Origin: the human T2T-CHM13v2.0 reference genome, Homo sapiens
NCBI RefSeq assembly: GCF_009914755.1
Contig: NC_060935.1
Length of the DNA stretch: 64,000 nucleotides
Direction: 5' to 3' (one strand)
Part shown: in pieces, positions 1 to 12,660 of the stretch
Numbering within the stretch: the first letter of the stretch is position 1
How the letters are laid out: every line of letters begins with the position of its first letter
Translations under genes and position numbers: made by a program
Notes under the pieces: generated by a model
Told to the model about the DNA's origin: nothing
Databases searched by the model: none
Seen by the model: only the letters and a program-made list of their open reading frames with translations

Positions 1-499
1 GTGAGGCTGAGAACAGTCCCAGCACTCAGACATGGAAGCAGCGCTACTGGGAGGCTTGAACATCCACTGTCTCTCCAGTCTCTGGACTAGCTCCTCCGTG
101 CCCCCAAGGCTGATGTGTCAGAGATGAGATGTGAGACCTCAGCCCCTCCCGCCCCTGCTGCCTGGCTGCCACTTTGCATGCAGCTTTGGTCTGAACCCCA
201 CCTGCTGCTCCAGACCACAGCTGGGCCCAGCCCACGTCCTCCTTCTTCCTTGGTGAGGAGACGGATATCTTTCCATCAGCCTGGCCAAGGAGGGGTGTAG
301 CAGCAGGTTGTCCTGGGGAGGGAAAGGCTTCCGGTAGCCCTCCCTTCATCCCCCTTTCCATACCTCAAAACCACCAGCCCTCAACCAGGAAGCCCTAGGT
401 CTTCCTTTCTGTCTTCCAAAGAAGAGGAGGACAGGGACAGAGGCAAACAACAGCCGCAGCCACCACCCTCCCAGCCTCACTGTCTTTGCTTGAAAGCAG

Positions 500-790
500 G
501 GGCATATAAAAATAAAAAATAAGGAAGACTAACCTTCTGGCCAATCTCAGTTTAGATACCCTGCAATTAAACAAATCCACAAACCCGCAACACATATTTA
601 CATCTCATTAGCAGAAGCCAAATGCAACAACGGCATTAAAATTAAGAAATGAGGCACAATTATCCCGTCGGCGGCAGTGGGGAAGCCGTCAAGGGCTGGT
701 TTCTTCATTAGTTTGCTCAGAAGTTCAGCAGCTCCCTAATTGTGGGCTGCTATTTTTTACCCCCTCCTCCTCCTGCTTAAAAAAAATTGT
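500..790. promoter_or_regulatory. Candidate conserved enhancer-like block
   Basis: Non-repeat AT-rich island with multiple TAAT/ATTA cores and FOX-type motifs; no conservation data available. Confidence 0.35.
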
Positions 791-1783
791 CTGAGGTTTT
801 ATTTTTCTGCAGTGCAGCAGCTTCGATGGGGGGGGCCAGCAGGGCCCAGGAAGCTTGGAAGAAGTGCTGTCTCCTCTCTGGCCTCTGTAACCTCAGCCCC
901 CAGCTGGGCCTGGCTGAGTGGCAGTGGCTGGGGGTTAGGAAGGCCTGGGGAACACCGGGTGGTGGTGCCCACAGATCCCAGTGGACTCCCAGGGAGGGCT
1001 CTCGACCGCTCACAGCCTGTACTGCTGCCATGGGGCTGGAGCTCCCTGGGGCCAGCTGCATCTCAGGAATGCATCCTGCTTCCCTTGGGCAGGCAGCTGT
1101 CCCAGGCACAGCTCTCAGGCCGGCTCTGCTGGCCCTCAGTGGGCCTTTCAGGAATGTGTGTGGGGTGGTGAATGAGAATGTTCTGGTCATAGCCCTTTAG
1201 TGCAGGTGAGGGGGGATTCGTGGGGCCCCAGGCTGTGCCCAGGTGGGTAGGCTTGGGCTCCAAGGGGGGTTGAAGAGCACTGGCCAGCTCCAGGGAGAGG
1301 CTTTGCCTGGAGCGCCCTCCTTTCTGGAGGGAGTCTTGTAGTGGCTGGCACTAAAATTGCACAGAGCCTTGGTTTTCTCAGCTGTCAAATGGCATAAGTG
1401 AGACACCTTCCTCCTCCCTCAGGGCTGCGTTTTGAGGTGCTTTGCGAGTGTCCAGGCTTGTTTTATTGTTGTCCAGCCTCTCGGTCCCCACTGGGAAGCC
1501 TGGGCGCTCTCCAGGGCAGGCCCGTCAGCTGGGAGAGCAGGGTTGGTCGGTGCCCTCAGGGCGGTTTGCCTCTCCCTATCAAAGTGGAGGTTTCACAGGC
1601 TTCCAAGTTACTGAGCTATGGATTTTCCTAGAGTCTCCAGGTGAAGAATTTTGTAAATATTCTACTTTATTTAATATTTGTGTCAAATCAGTACTTACAA
1701 ACACACATTTCAAACATAACTAGAAATAAATTATTTTAGGCTATTAATCAACAAACCATCAAATGCGACATTAATTTAGTGAC

Positions 1784-1893
1784 TGTTACAGGGACTGCAA
1801 AGACGTCCTGCCCCTCTTCCACACTGCCACACTCTGCATGTTACAGGGACTGGAGAGACGTCCTGCCCCTCTTCCACACTGCCACACTCTGCG
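1784..1893. repeat. 55-bp x2 tandem duplication
   Basis: tgttacagggactg...ccacactgccacactctgc starts at 1784 and again at 1839; about 3 mismatches. Confidence 0.95.
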
Positions 1894-2050
1894 TTAGAGG
1901 CTGCTGCCATTTGGAACGGCTGATGATGAAGGGATCTCACCCCAGGATTTTCTCACATCAGGGATGCAGCAGCAGGTTGGCCCAGGGGTTTGGGGGAGGG
2001 CTCTTTGTTGCGGCTTCAATTCTTATCTTCCCAACCTTACCCTGAAACCT

Positions 2051-2200
2051 CATTCATTCATCCATTCATTCATTCGTCTGTCTAATATTTATTGAGCAAC
2101 TACTGCTTTCCTGCTGCCATGGTCAAGGCTAGGGTTGATGAGGCCACAGGGTCCCTGCATTTGAAGGCCAGTGGCAGACAGAGAGAATGACAACAGGGCG
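2051..2200 (-). mobile_element. L2 3' end fragment
   Basis: (CATT)n followed by aatatttattgagcaactac, the reverse complement of the L2 3' tail. Confidence 0.7.
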
Positions 2201-2639
2201 TGATAGTGCTTAGGTGAGGCTCAGTCAGAAGTCACTGCCCACGGAGCTCAGAGAACAGCTCTCATGCCTTTCTTAGGGGTCAGGGAAAGGACAGCCTGGG
2301 CTGGGACTGCCCACTCTCCACACCACAGGCCACACCACTGTGCCTGGCAGCTTTTGTCCCAGGCATCTCATCTCAGGGTCTAAGCAGCTGCCTCTCCGCT
2401 TGTTCTGGGAGGGGGGATGGGGACTGAGGCCCACAGGAGTTCCTGGAGTTTGACATCATATGAAGGCAAAGCAGGGAAAGGAAGTTGAGCCTCTTCTGCG
2501 GATTGAAAAGCAAAATACTCACAAGGAAATCCCTCTTTCGAATCCATTCACTGTGGCTACATAGCCCCATTGCACTGGGCCCCACATCAAGGATAAAATG
2601 ACACTATTGATATTTTCCTGAGACTACTCTACCTAATTA

Positions 2640-2790
2640 ACATATGATAACTCTTTCATCCTTCCAAAACCCTACCAGGAATATACTATTATCACAGTGT
2701 CCATCTTAGAAAAGGCCAAAGAAAGGCCCACTGAGGCTGTTTAACTCGCCCAGGGCCACAGAGCTGGAGGCCTCTGCAGACTGAGCCCCA
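2640..2790 (-). mobile_element. MIR fragment
   Basis: actgaggctgtttaactcgcccagggccacagagctgg resembles the MIR core. Confidence 0.6.
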
Positions 2791-3844
2791 GGCTGTGGGT
2801 GGCTCCCTACCTGAGGCTGCTTGCATAGAGTGGCAGTTAGAGTCCACTCGCTCATGGCCCCACAATCCCCTGGTATGTGTTCACAGGTGCTCACGAGCAC
2901 TCTGCAGGGGAGAAAGGCCCTCTCAGCTCCCTGGCATCAGAGTGTCTCTGCCTGTCCCCACCTCTGTGGCTTGCCCCTGGGAGACTCCAGGCTGGCGAGA
3001 GAGTGCACTGCAGTCCCACTGCCCCAGGCCGCTGCCCAGCCCCTTCTCACCAGAGGACGTGGTGGTCTGCCCCGGGCAGGCAGGCAGTGCTTGGGGGTCT
3101 GACTCCTGCTGTTCACAGGGGGTCGAAGTGCTGCTCTGGGCTCTTGGGGAAGCTGGAGGCTGAGATGGGGAATGCTCTCCAGACCAGCTGTGGGACTGCC
3201 TGGGGAGGGCAGGTGTCAGGTGGGGCAGCTGATAAGGAAGGAGAGCTGGCTCTGGGTGGGGGCAGTGGGAGGGGATGGCAGGCCACCCTCAAGGTGACTT
3301 CATTTCAGACTGGAGCTCAGCCGGCTGAGGTGGTGGGTCTGAGGAGCCTCTGAGGTAGGTCCAGGGATGGGGCCTTCCCTTTAGAGAATTGCTGAGAGGA
3401 GCTGGAGGACAGGTAAGGCGAGGCTGATTTCCAGCCCTGACACGCGGTAGGCTTCTGAGCCTTTCTTCCTCTTTAGCTGGATTGTGTTGTGAAATGTGCT
3501 CCTCAAGGACAGGGATGGTGTTTGTTCAACATGTCCGTGCCTCCGGCCCCATAATGAGGACTCTATGTTTTAATGCTTGCTGTGAGTTATCCGAGCATTT
3601 AAAACGGGAGACTAGAGACATCTCGTGTGCTCCTCGTTGTAGGCATGGTGGGATTGCCACCATCTTCGGAGGAATGATGGAGCTTCTGTTCTGTGCAGGC
3701 ACCACTCATGTCCATAGTCAGCAAGCCCACAGCCAGTGCAGGGGGCAGCACAAAGCCTTGAGAACTATTCCACTTGGTGAGAAGGCCAGGACTCAGGGGC
3801 CCTCAGATCCGAGTTAAAATCTCAGTTATAGCTGGATTTGAGAC

Positions 3845-4162
<318 letters not shown>

Positions 4163-4164
4163 AA

Positions 4165-4328
4165 GACTTTGGATAAGTTATCTAACTTAGGACTCATTCT
4201 CTTCATCAGTAAAACGGGGATAATTACAGTATCTGCCTTGCAGGATTGTTACGGGTATTAAATTAGATGAGCTATATTATTTAAGGCACTTAGTATGATA
4301 TTTCATGTGTAGTAAATGCTTAAAAATT
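4165..4328 (+). mobile_element. MIR (continuation after the Alu)
   Basis: cttcatcagtaaaacggggataattacagtatctgccttgcaggattgtt matches the MIR core. Confidence 0.8.
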
Positions 4329-4786
4329 GAGAACAAAAAAGAAATAGAAGTGCAATGGCTGGTAAATGCATAGCAGCAGGAGTGAAGACCCGGAAAAGAC
4401 TTCTCAGGAGAGGTGACATCTGTGCCATATTGTGGAGGAGGAGTTGGAGGGGTCAGAATGCAGGAGGAGGCAAGAGCAAAGAGCATAAACCAAAGCTTAG
4501 AGATGCCAAATCGTACGCCTTTTTCAAGTGTTGGAGAGAAGTTCTGCGAGGCCATGCCCAGAGAAGGGAAGCAGGGAGTGAGGCCAGTAAGGTCAGTGAC
4601 AACCCCATGATGACAAGACCCTCTGCTGTGCCTCTGTGGTTGATTTAACCTGCCAGCCACATGGGACCTTCAGGAGTCTGAAAATGAAGTTGACATAATA
4701 AGACTTGAGATTCTTGGGGCCAGCTTGACAGATGGGTGTGTGTTGAAGAGGGAGAAGATGAAGGCCAGTGTGATAGGTCCACAGCA

Positions 4787-4961
4787 ATGACAATAATGAT
4801 AATGATGACAATGATGATGAAAATGACAATAATAATAACAATAATGATGCTGTTGCTGAAGGTGATGATGATAATTATGGTAATGATAATGATGGTTATG
4901 GTGGTGATGATGACAATGATGATGATAATGACGATGATGATAATGACAATAACGATGATGA
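4787..4961. repeat. Degenerate (ATG)n/(ATA)n trinucleotide repeat
   Basis: Direct reading; source of the Met-rich ORF. Confidence 0.95.
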
Positions 4962-5430
4962 TGTGAACCCAGGAAGTCTGAGACAGGTCTCAGTTAATTT
5001 AGAAAGTTTATTTTTCAAAGGTTAAGGACACACCCGTGACACAGCCTCAGAAAGTCCTGATGACATGTGTCCAGGGTGGTTGGGGCATAGCTTGGTTTTA
5101 TACATTTTAGAGAGACATGATACATCAATCAATATAGGTAAGAAGTACATTGGTTCGGACTGGAAAGGAGGGGCAACTTCAAGCAAAGTCAGGAAGACTT
5201 GAAGACTTGAAGTAGGGAGGGGCTTCCAGGTCACAGATAAGGGAGACACAAACGGTTGCATTCTTTTGAGTTTCTGATTAGTCTTTCCAAAGGAGGCAAA
5301 TCAGAAATGCATCGATCTCAGTGAGCAGAAAGATAACTTTGAATAGAATGGGAGGCAGGTTTGCCCTAAGCAGTTTTCAGCTTGAGTTTTCAGTAGTGAT
5401 TTTGTGGGCCCAGAATACTTTCCTTTCACA
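4962..5430 (-). mobile_element. MER4A1-type ERV1 solo LTR
   Basis: TG...CA ends; reverse complement begins TGTGAAAGGAAAG and contains CTGCTTAGGGCAAACCTGCCTCCCATTCTATTCAAAG as in the recalled MER4A1 consensus; near-TSD atga/atgg. Confidence 0.9.
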
Positions 5431-5920
5431 ATGGTGACAGTGATGATGATGGAGATGACGGTGACGGTGATGGCGATAATGATGACGATGGTGACAGTGA
5501 TGATGATGGTGATGACGGTGACGGTGATGGCGATAATGATGACGATGGTGACAGTGATGATGATGGTGATGACGGTGACGGTGATGGCGATAATGATGAC
5601 GATGGTGACAGTGATGATGATGGTGATGACGGTGATGGTGATGGCGATAATGATGACGATGGTGACAGTGATGATGGTGATGGTGACGATGATGGCGATA
5701 ATGATGACGATGGCGACAGTGATGATGGTGATGATGGTGACGATGATGGCGATAATGATGATGATGGTGACAGTGATGGTGATGGTGATGATGGTGACAA
5801 TGAAGGCGATAATGATGACGATGGTGACGTGATGAGGATGGTGATGATGGTGACAATGATGGTGATAATGATGATGATGATGGCGATAATGATGATGATG
5901 GTGACAGTGATGATGATGAA
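5431..5920. repeat. ATG/GTG-derived minisatellite with 57-bp higher-order unit
   Basis: Units start at 5431, 5488, 5545 and 5602 (57 bp), then 5659 (51 bp), then degenerate. Confidence 0.95.
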
Positions 5921-6014
5921 GGCCAAGGGGAAGCAGAAAAAGAGACAGATTGAAGTGACTCTTAGATGAGGCCTATAGAAACAAGGGCACTGTTAGAATG
6001 TTATACATGAAAAA

Positions 6015-6175
6015 CAAGAGTATGAGGGCTATCAGGGACGACTCCAAAGTTTCCAGTTTGGGCAAATGGGGAGAAAGAATATCAGAGGAGAAGTAGGCTT
6101 TGGGGGTAGGTGATAAGCCTAATTCTGGATGTGTTGGGTTTGGGGCACTCATAGAATGTTTAAGTGGAGACTTCA
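6015..6175 (-). mobile_element. L2 fragment
   Basis: gacgactccaaagtttccagtttggg and ttctggatgtgttgggtttgggg are L2 signatures. Confidence 0.65.
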
Positions 6176-7742
6176 CGTCCCACGCCTTCACACTCATCCC
6201 CTCATGGAGTTGCTCAAAGTGATGTAATGTTGCTAGTGAGAATGATGAGAGGAAAGAGTAGGAGAAAATAATGGTGAGGTTTATTTGACTTTGACCACCT
6301 AGGAGCTAGCCTTGAGAGCTACTCACTTATCCCTGTAGCTGTACTTTGCTCTACAGAGTTTGTTGACATCAAAATTTTTGCTTCTAGGAATGGGACTGAG
6401 GGAGACATAGAGCTCCCTAATGCTGAATCTCTTCCCTGTGCTGAAGAAAACTCCAGACCTCCCAGCCACTGGAACTAAAATTGGGTAATTTTTCTCCGAG
6501 ACATTGGAAATAATTTCTAATATTTTTCAGCCAGTGAAAAAGGCCAGATAATTCTCTTTCTCTTTTCCCATCACCCACACAGCTATGACTTTGTAGTCCT
6601 ATCTGGATCACTTCCGCAGCCTGCAATCCCAGCCCCAGCAGCCCCATCTACTGCCTTGGGCATTGAATAGAGTCTTGTCCTGCTTAATAGCAAATGCTGC
6701 TCAGGCATCCTGCTAGGTTTTTTACGGCCAGGGTAGAGGAGAGAAGAAAAGAGAAACGGCAGGCTTACAAGCATCTTCTCTGCCTCTCTAATAGCTAAGA
6801 AGCCTACATTTCCAATCTAATTTATTTTGGTTTCTGCTCTGAAACTTGGAACCCAGGTACATTGACAGATGCAAGAAAGGAGTGACTGTTCCTTGTACAT
6901 TCAGTGTGAGATGTTGAGAACGGTGGGCTTAGGAGAAGGGCCAGATGACACTACCATCTTTGCATTCATGGACTTCTAATGTATACTTTATCTATAGTTA
7001 GTATTAATAAAGTAAAAAAAGATATCCATTTTAATTTTTGGTAACTATGCAAAATCCATAGGTTTTTTGTTAAAATATTAGAAAATAAACATAAATAAAA
7101 GACGAAAATATTTTTTACAAGCTCATTTTCCATTACCTTTGGCATTTTGGTAATATAATTTTCCAGAAGGTAAACATTTTGATAATGCTTTAAAGTGCCT
7201 TTTAAAAGATACATAAAATATAAATGAATACAAATAGAATAGTGTTGAAATCTTAAGTTTACATTCCCACATTCTGAACACACTTAGGTAATGAGCCCCT
7301 AGATCAAGAAACAGAGTGTCACCAGGATTCCATTTACAGCCAATGTTTTTACTGAATTGGGTGGGTTTACAGTCACTTTGTTACTATTAATTTTCTATTT
7401 GTACAAACAGCTTTATGTTTATTTTCCTCTCATTTTTTGAGTTCCTGTGAATTCATCTCATATTTTTTATTATTCCATTGTTTAAATCAGCTTGTCATGT
7501 ATCTTTCTTTTGTTTTTTGTTCATAGTTACTCTAGCTAGTACAATATACATCTTTGATGTCTTCCTTTCTAATACAAATTGTATTTTACCACTTCTGTGA
7601 TGTTGCTAGACCTTTAGAACCTTTCAGCTATATTTGTACCACTGCTGCCTTTTGCTTTACAGTTACTGCCCATTTTAAGTCTGCGTATAGTTGAAACTGT
7701 ACAAGCCGTTACTATTATTGCTGTAATCCATGGTTGATATTC

Positions 7743-8040
<298 letters not shown>

Positions 8041-9122
8041 GGATATTCGTTTTTATCTACTCACATATGTTCCCTTTCTGATTATCTTCATTAATCATGC
8101 AATTCTGTTTCCATCTACAATATTTTCTTCAGACTGGTTAATTTCCTGTAGTATTTATTGTAGTTAAGATTTGCCGGCCATCAATTTGCTCACATTTTGT
8201 TTAGCCAAGTCTTATTTTAAAAAAATTTAATCATTTTTATAAGACTTGCACTTTTGTTTAAATCTTTTGGCCCTTTAAGAATAGCATTTCATTATCTTTC
8301 GTTTCCCGAGAAGTAAGCTCCTGTTACTCTTTCTTTCTTTGAAGGAATATTGTTAACCCCTGGTTGTTTTGAAGTATTTTAAAAATCAGTTTTACTATAA
8401 TATGCCTACCAGTGGATTTTGGGGTAATTATTCTGCTTTAGGTTTACTGATTTCTTTCATCTCTGTGTTGCTGTCCTCGATCAGTTTTCAATCTTCATCT
8501 CTTTGAATATTGCTTCTGGAACATGTCATCACTCCTATTGTTTCAGTATTTCAGTTATGCTCATTTTGCTCATTTTTAGACCTACAAAGTGTGTCCTGCA
8601 TGTCTCTTGATCTCTGGATGTATTCTTAGTTCTTTTTCCTCCGTGTGCTTTCCTCTGACTTCTTTTACAGTTCACTAATTCTGTGTTTATCTAAATCCAA
8701 TATGCTCTTAATAATTGATTAATACTCAGATATTGCATTTTCACTTCCTTATAGGTTCCAATTATACATGTCAAAATTTCCATCTTTTCATTTATGTTAT
8801 CATTTTTTCTTCTATTCATAACACTATTAAATCAGTTTTAAAAGTTTTTGCTGCTAATTATAATACCTAAATCATTGGTCTGCTTTTTCTCTTAATTAGC
8901 AAGTATAGTTTGTTATGGTATATATAGCAGATATATACCACATATCATATATATACACACACACATACACACTTGCTAATTAAGTATATATAGACTTAAG
9001 TGTATATATGTGCTAACTAAACATATAGACTTAATTAAGTACATATGTGATAATTATGTACACACATACATACTTAATTAGGTTTTGTTAGGGTTACTAT
9101 GGCCTTTAGAATATGGTCTAGA

Positions 9123-9178
<56 letters not shown>
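9123..9178. repeat. (TA)n(CA)n compound microsatellite
   Basis: Direct reading. Confidence 0.97.
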
Positions 9179-9364
9179 CTTCTTCACCAGCCTAGTGATT
9201 TTTTTGTTTTGCTGTGCACTGCATAGTGTCTATGAAAGACTCAAGTGATAGATTATTCCTGCACTTTCACTCTCTTCTGTTGGGCAGAAGGGCGATGGGC
9301 TTATCTCACTTTGCTAGTGACATGAGCTGAATTTGGGCTAGGTTGCTTGTTTTACTAAGGCTCA

Positions 9365-11463
9365 GATGGCAGAGGATGAGAGCAGGGACAGCTGCATAGG
9401 GAGGTCACAGAGATCTGTGTGGAGATGTCTCTGAGCTCTTTTCCAATGGCTAGGATGCTTTTGATTAGGAAGGGACTATGGGGAGTCTGCCGTGGAGCAG
9501 CTGCTATGGATTTGGGAAGAGAAGAAAGGTGCTAGAGGTTAACGGTGGCATCAGAACGTTAGCCTAGCCAGACGAGGAGAACTTGGACGCCCTGGGCATC
9601 TGACTGGAACACCAAGGAGCTCACAGCGCTGGAGGAGGGACCTTATTCTAGAGTCAAGACTCCTCTACAGTCACCTTAACAAAGTCTAAAATTAATGAAG
9701 CACTTTAAAGATAATTTAGGATTTGGAGATTGAATCTTGCCAGCTAGAAGGGCTTGGATTTTCACAGACCTACACCATAACAAAATATGAAAACAAGACT
9801 GCATTTAAAGGCAGTCCACTTGTAACTGAGTTAGGTTCTAGAAAAAATATCCACGGTCTTCTGATGATTATAACAGAATTCAGAATTTCTAGAATGTGTG
9901 ATCACAACATCCAACGTACAATAAAAATATTATTAACAAAGCAAAGAAATAGGATGGCCCAGGTGTTGGGATTAGAAAACAAAAAATTCAAAGCAGCTAA
10001 TATAAATATGTTAGAGAACTTTATAAAATTAATTTTAATGAATGAACAGATATGAACTGCCAACAAAGGAATGGAATTTATAAATAAGAATAAAAAAGAA
10101 ATTCAGGACTAAAATCCTTAACAATTTAAATGAAAAATTCATTGGATGGGTTAAATGGCACACTGGAAATAAAAGGAAAAATTTGAAATAATTCAATACA
10201 ATCATGCAAACTGAAGAACACAGAAGAAATGGAAAAAATGAAGAAAAAGGTGTCACTAACCAATGAGACAACACAGCACAATATCCTTGAGTCCCAGAAG
10301 GAGTAGATAATAAGAATGTGGTAGTAAAAATTATTTGAAAAAATAATAGCCAAATATTTCCTGAATTTGAAGAAAAACATTACGTAGAGATCTAAGAAGC
10401 TTAGAAATAACTTAATAGGATAAATACAAGGAAAACGTCGTGTCTATGCAGATTACATAAAAAAACAAAGATGAAGATCAAATCTTGGAAACAGCATAAG
10501 CAAATAAACCTACAGAGGGCCAGCAATATGCATGACGCGACTTCTCATAAGAAACAACAAAGGCCAAAAGATAATAGAGCAACCTTTAAAGAACTGAAAG
10601 TAAAAAACAAAAATGATGCTAACCCAGAATTTTATATCCAATACATACTGCTCGAATATGGCTGCAAAAATAAAGACATTTTCTGATAATCAGAAGTTGT
10701 AAGAGTTTGTTTCCAGCAGAACTGCATTGAAATAAATACTAAAGAATGTGTTTGGGGCCGAAAGGAAACTATGCCAGATAAAAATTGGTATTTACAGGAA
10801 GAAATGAGGAGTTTAATACATTAAATGTTTACTACATTAAATATATGAGTCAATATAAAAACCATCTTTTTTTCAATTAATTTTGTTCATAGACAGTTGA
10901 TGTGTTCAAGGCAAAAATAATATGACTCCAAGGTAGGGGGCTTAACATGTGGAAGTAAAAGGTATAACAATAACAGCACAGAGGACGGAGCCAGGTTAAT
11001 CAAATTAAACCTTGTCAAAGTTCTTTCATATGTGAAATATGAAGTAGGAAGAGTGGAGGGCCAGGTGTGAAGTGATACAATGTTAATGCTAATTATACTG
11101 GGATAAGGATGAATATTGTAATCCCTAGAGTAACTACTAATATAATAACAAAGAGGTCTAGCCTAAAAGCTAATAGAGAAGACACAATGGAATGCTGAAA
11201 AATATTCCATTGACCTAAAATAAGACAGAAAAGGAGCAACAGAACAGCAAAAGCCAAAGGAAAAAATGGAAACAATTGGTCAGAAGGCAGATTCACACCA
11301 GCCCATACAATTAGATTCCGAGGAAATGGACTAGAGGTTCTAATCAGAAAGCAGAGATGGAAGCCTGGATTGAAAGGTAATGCCCACCGGCATAGCATGT
11401 AGACAACATGAATTTTAAATACAAATACGCGGAATGCAAAAGAAAGGAAAAACACAAACTCAG
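9365..11463 (+). mobile_element. Old L1M 5'/ORF1-region fragment in sense orientation, nested in the antisense L1
   Basis: A-rich, L1 ORF1-like degenerate sequence (aacccagaattttatatcca..., gtaatccctagagtaactact); ctcag at both ends. Confidence 0.7.
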
Positions 11464-12080
11464 CCTCTCTCTGTTTTGCCCTTGTTCGCCTCAGCCCTGA
11501 AAGACTGTGGGATGTTCCTTGTTGCCCTTCAGGGTCCCAGAGCCAAGACTCCAGCCTCATTGTCCAAGGAGGCTCAAAACCTAGTGAATATCTTGATGGG
11601 AAGACTTGCAGTGCTTTGAGGCAGATCCCCTGACCTCTGGCCCACCTTTGTTTCCTGAACACAAGACTCCTCAGGTGATTTCAGCTGACTTTTGGAAGCA
11701 TCAGGCCTAGCTCTGAGCTGCATCCACAGTCTCCTTGCCTGAATCAGCAAAGGTCCCACGGCAGAAACCGGTTGTGTGCTGAGGTAGCTCCAGCATGCAG
11801 CTCCCTGCTCCTGCCCTATTCAATGGCTGCAAGCTTCACTAGTTAGAGTTTCCTCCAGCAGGGCTGGGCCAGGCACTGCCACTGATCTAAACCCAGAATC
11901 AGCAAATGTGCCCATTGGGAAAGAATAGCTTGCAGGCCTCAGCTCACCTGGGCAGGGCTCTTTTGGGTCTGGAATTTTAGTGCCTTTAAAAATATGATTT
12001 AAAAAATTTATTCTGCTTATTTTAATTACTGCAGAAGAAGTATTTTTCTGTTATGACCTACTACATTCTACTCAGAAGAA
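11464..12080 (-). mobile_element. L1ME-like 5' region (continuation)
   Basis: Continues the antisense L1 sequence interrupted at 9364. Confidence 0.5.
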
Positions 12081-12514
12081 GTTAACATTTTTCTTTTAAT
12101 TCCAGAAGTGAATTCTGCTGTGCCCCTGCAAGGTGGAGTGTGTTCCCTTTAGCTGATAGTGCAGATGAAGGGACAGCTGGCTGAGCAGGTCAGGGTATGA
12201 GGTCCTTCCCTTAAATGACCGTCTGGTGTGCACTACAGGATTCAGCGTTAAGGAAATTGGATAGGAATGGGTGCAGAATGAACATATGTCAACTCAAGTC
12301 TGTAGAATCCTTCCAGAACCTTCCAGGGCAAGAGGCAGATGGATAACAGAGATTCCAGTTTCTCCAGTTCATGCTTCATCCACAGTGCCATGCTGTCTGT
12401 CTATTGGTTCAGTTTCAAAAGACACTTAGACTAACCGGAGAGAACCGTTCCTTTCTGGTTGGGGGAACATGCACAGTCCACGTGGCATTTTGAATGAGAG
12501 GACTTGGTTCCATT

Positions 12515-12660
12515 TGCAGCTCTGTAGTTTGAGCAAAGGTATGTAAGTCTTTGCATCCTCTGTTTTTCTAACTGTTAAATGGAGAAAAGAGAATCGTGTC
12601 TCTCTCGGGGTTGTAGTGAGGGCTAAACAAGTCAGAGTTTGGAGAAGGGCCCTGTGAGTT
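12515..12660 (+). mobile_element. MIR
   Basis: cctctgtttttctaactgttaaatggaga...ggttgtagtgagggctaaa. Confidence 0.75.

Noticed and set aside
5377-5926. His-rich, Ser/Pro-rich and Met-rich ORFs
   Set aside because: Direct translations of an ATG/GTG-derived repeat, with no splice or promoter context
11093-11662. 189-aa hydrophobic ORF that looks membrane-like
   Set aside because: Antisense reading of A-rich L1 sequence gives an F/L-rich artefact
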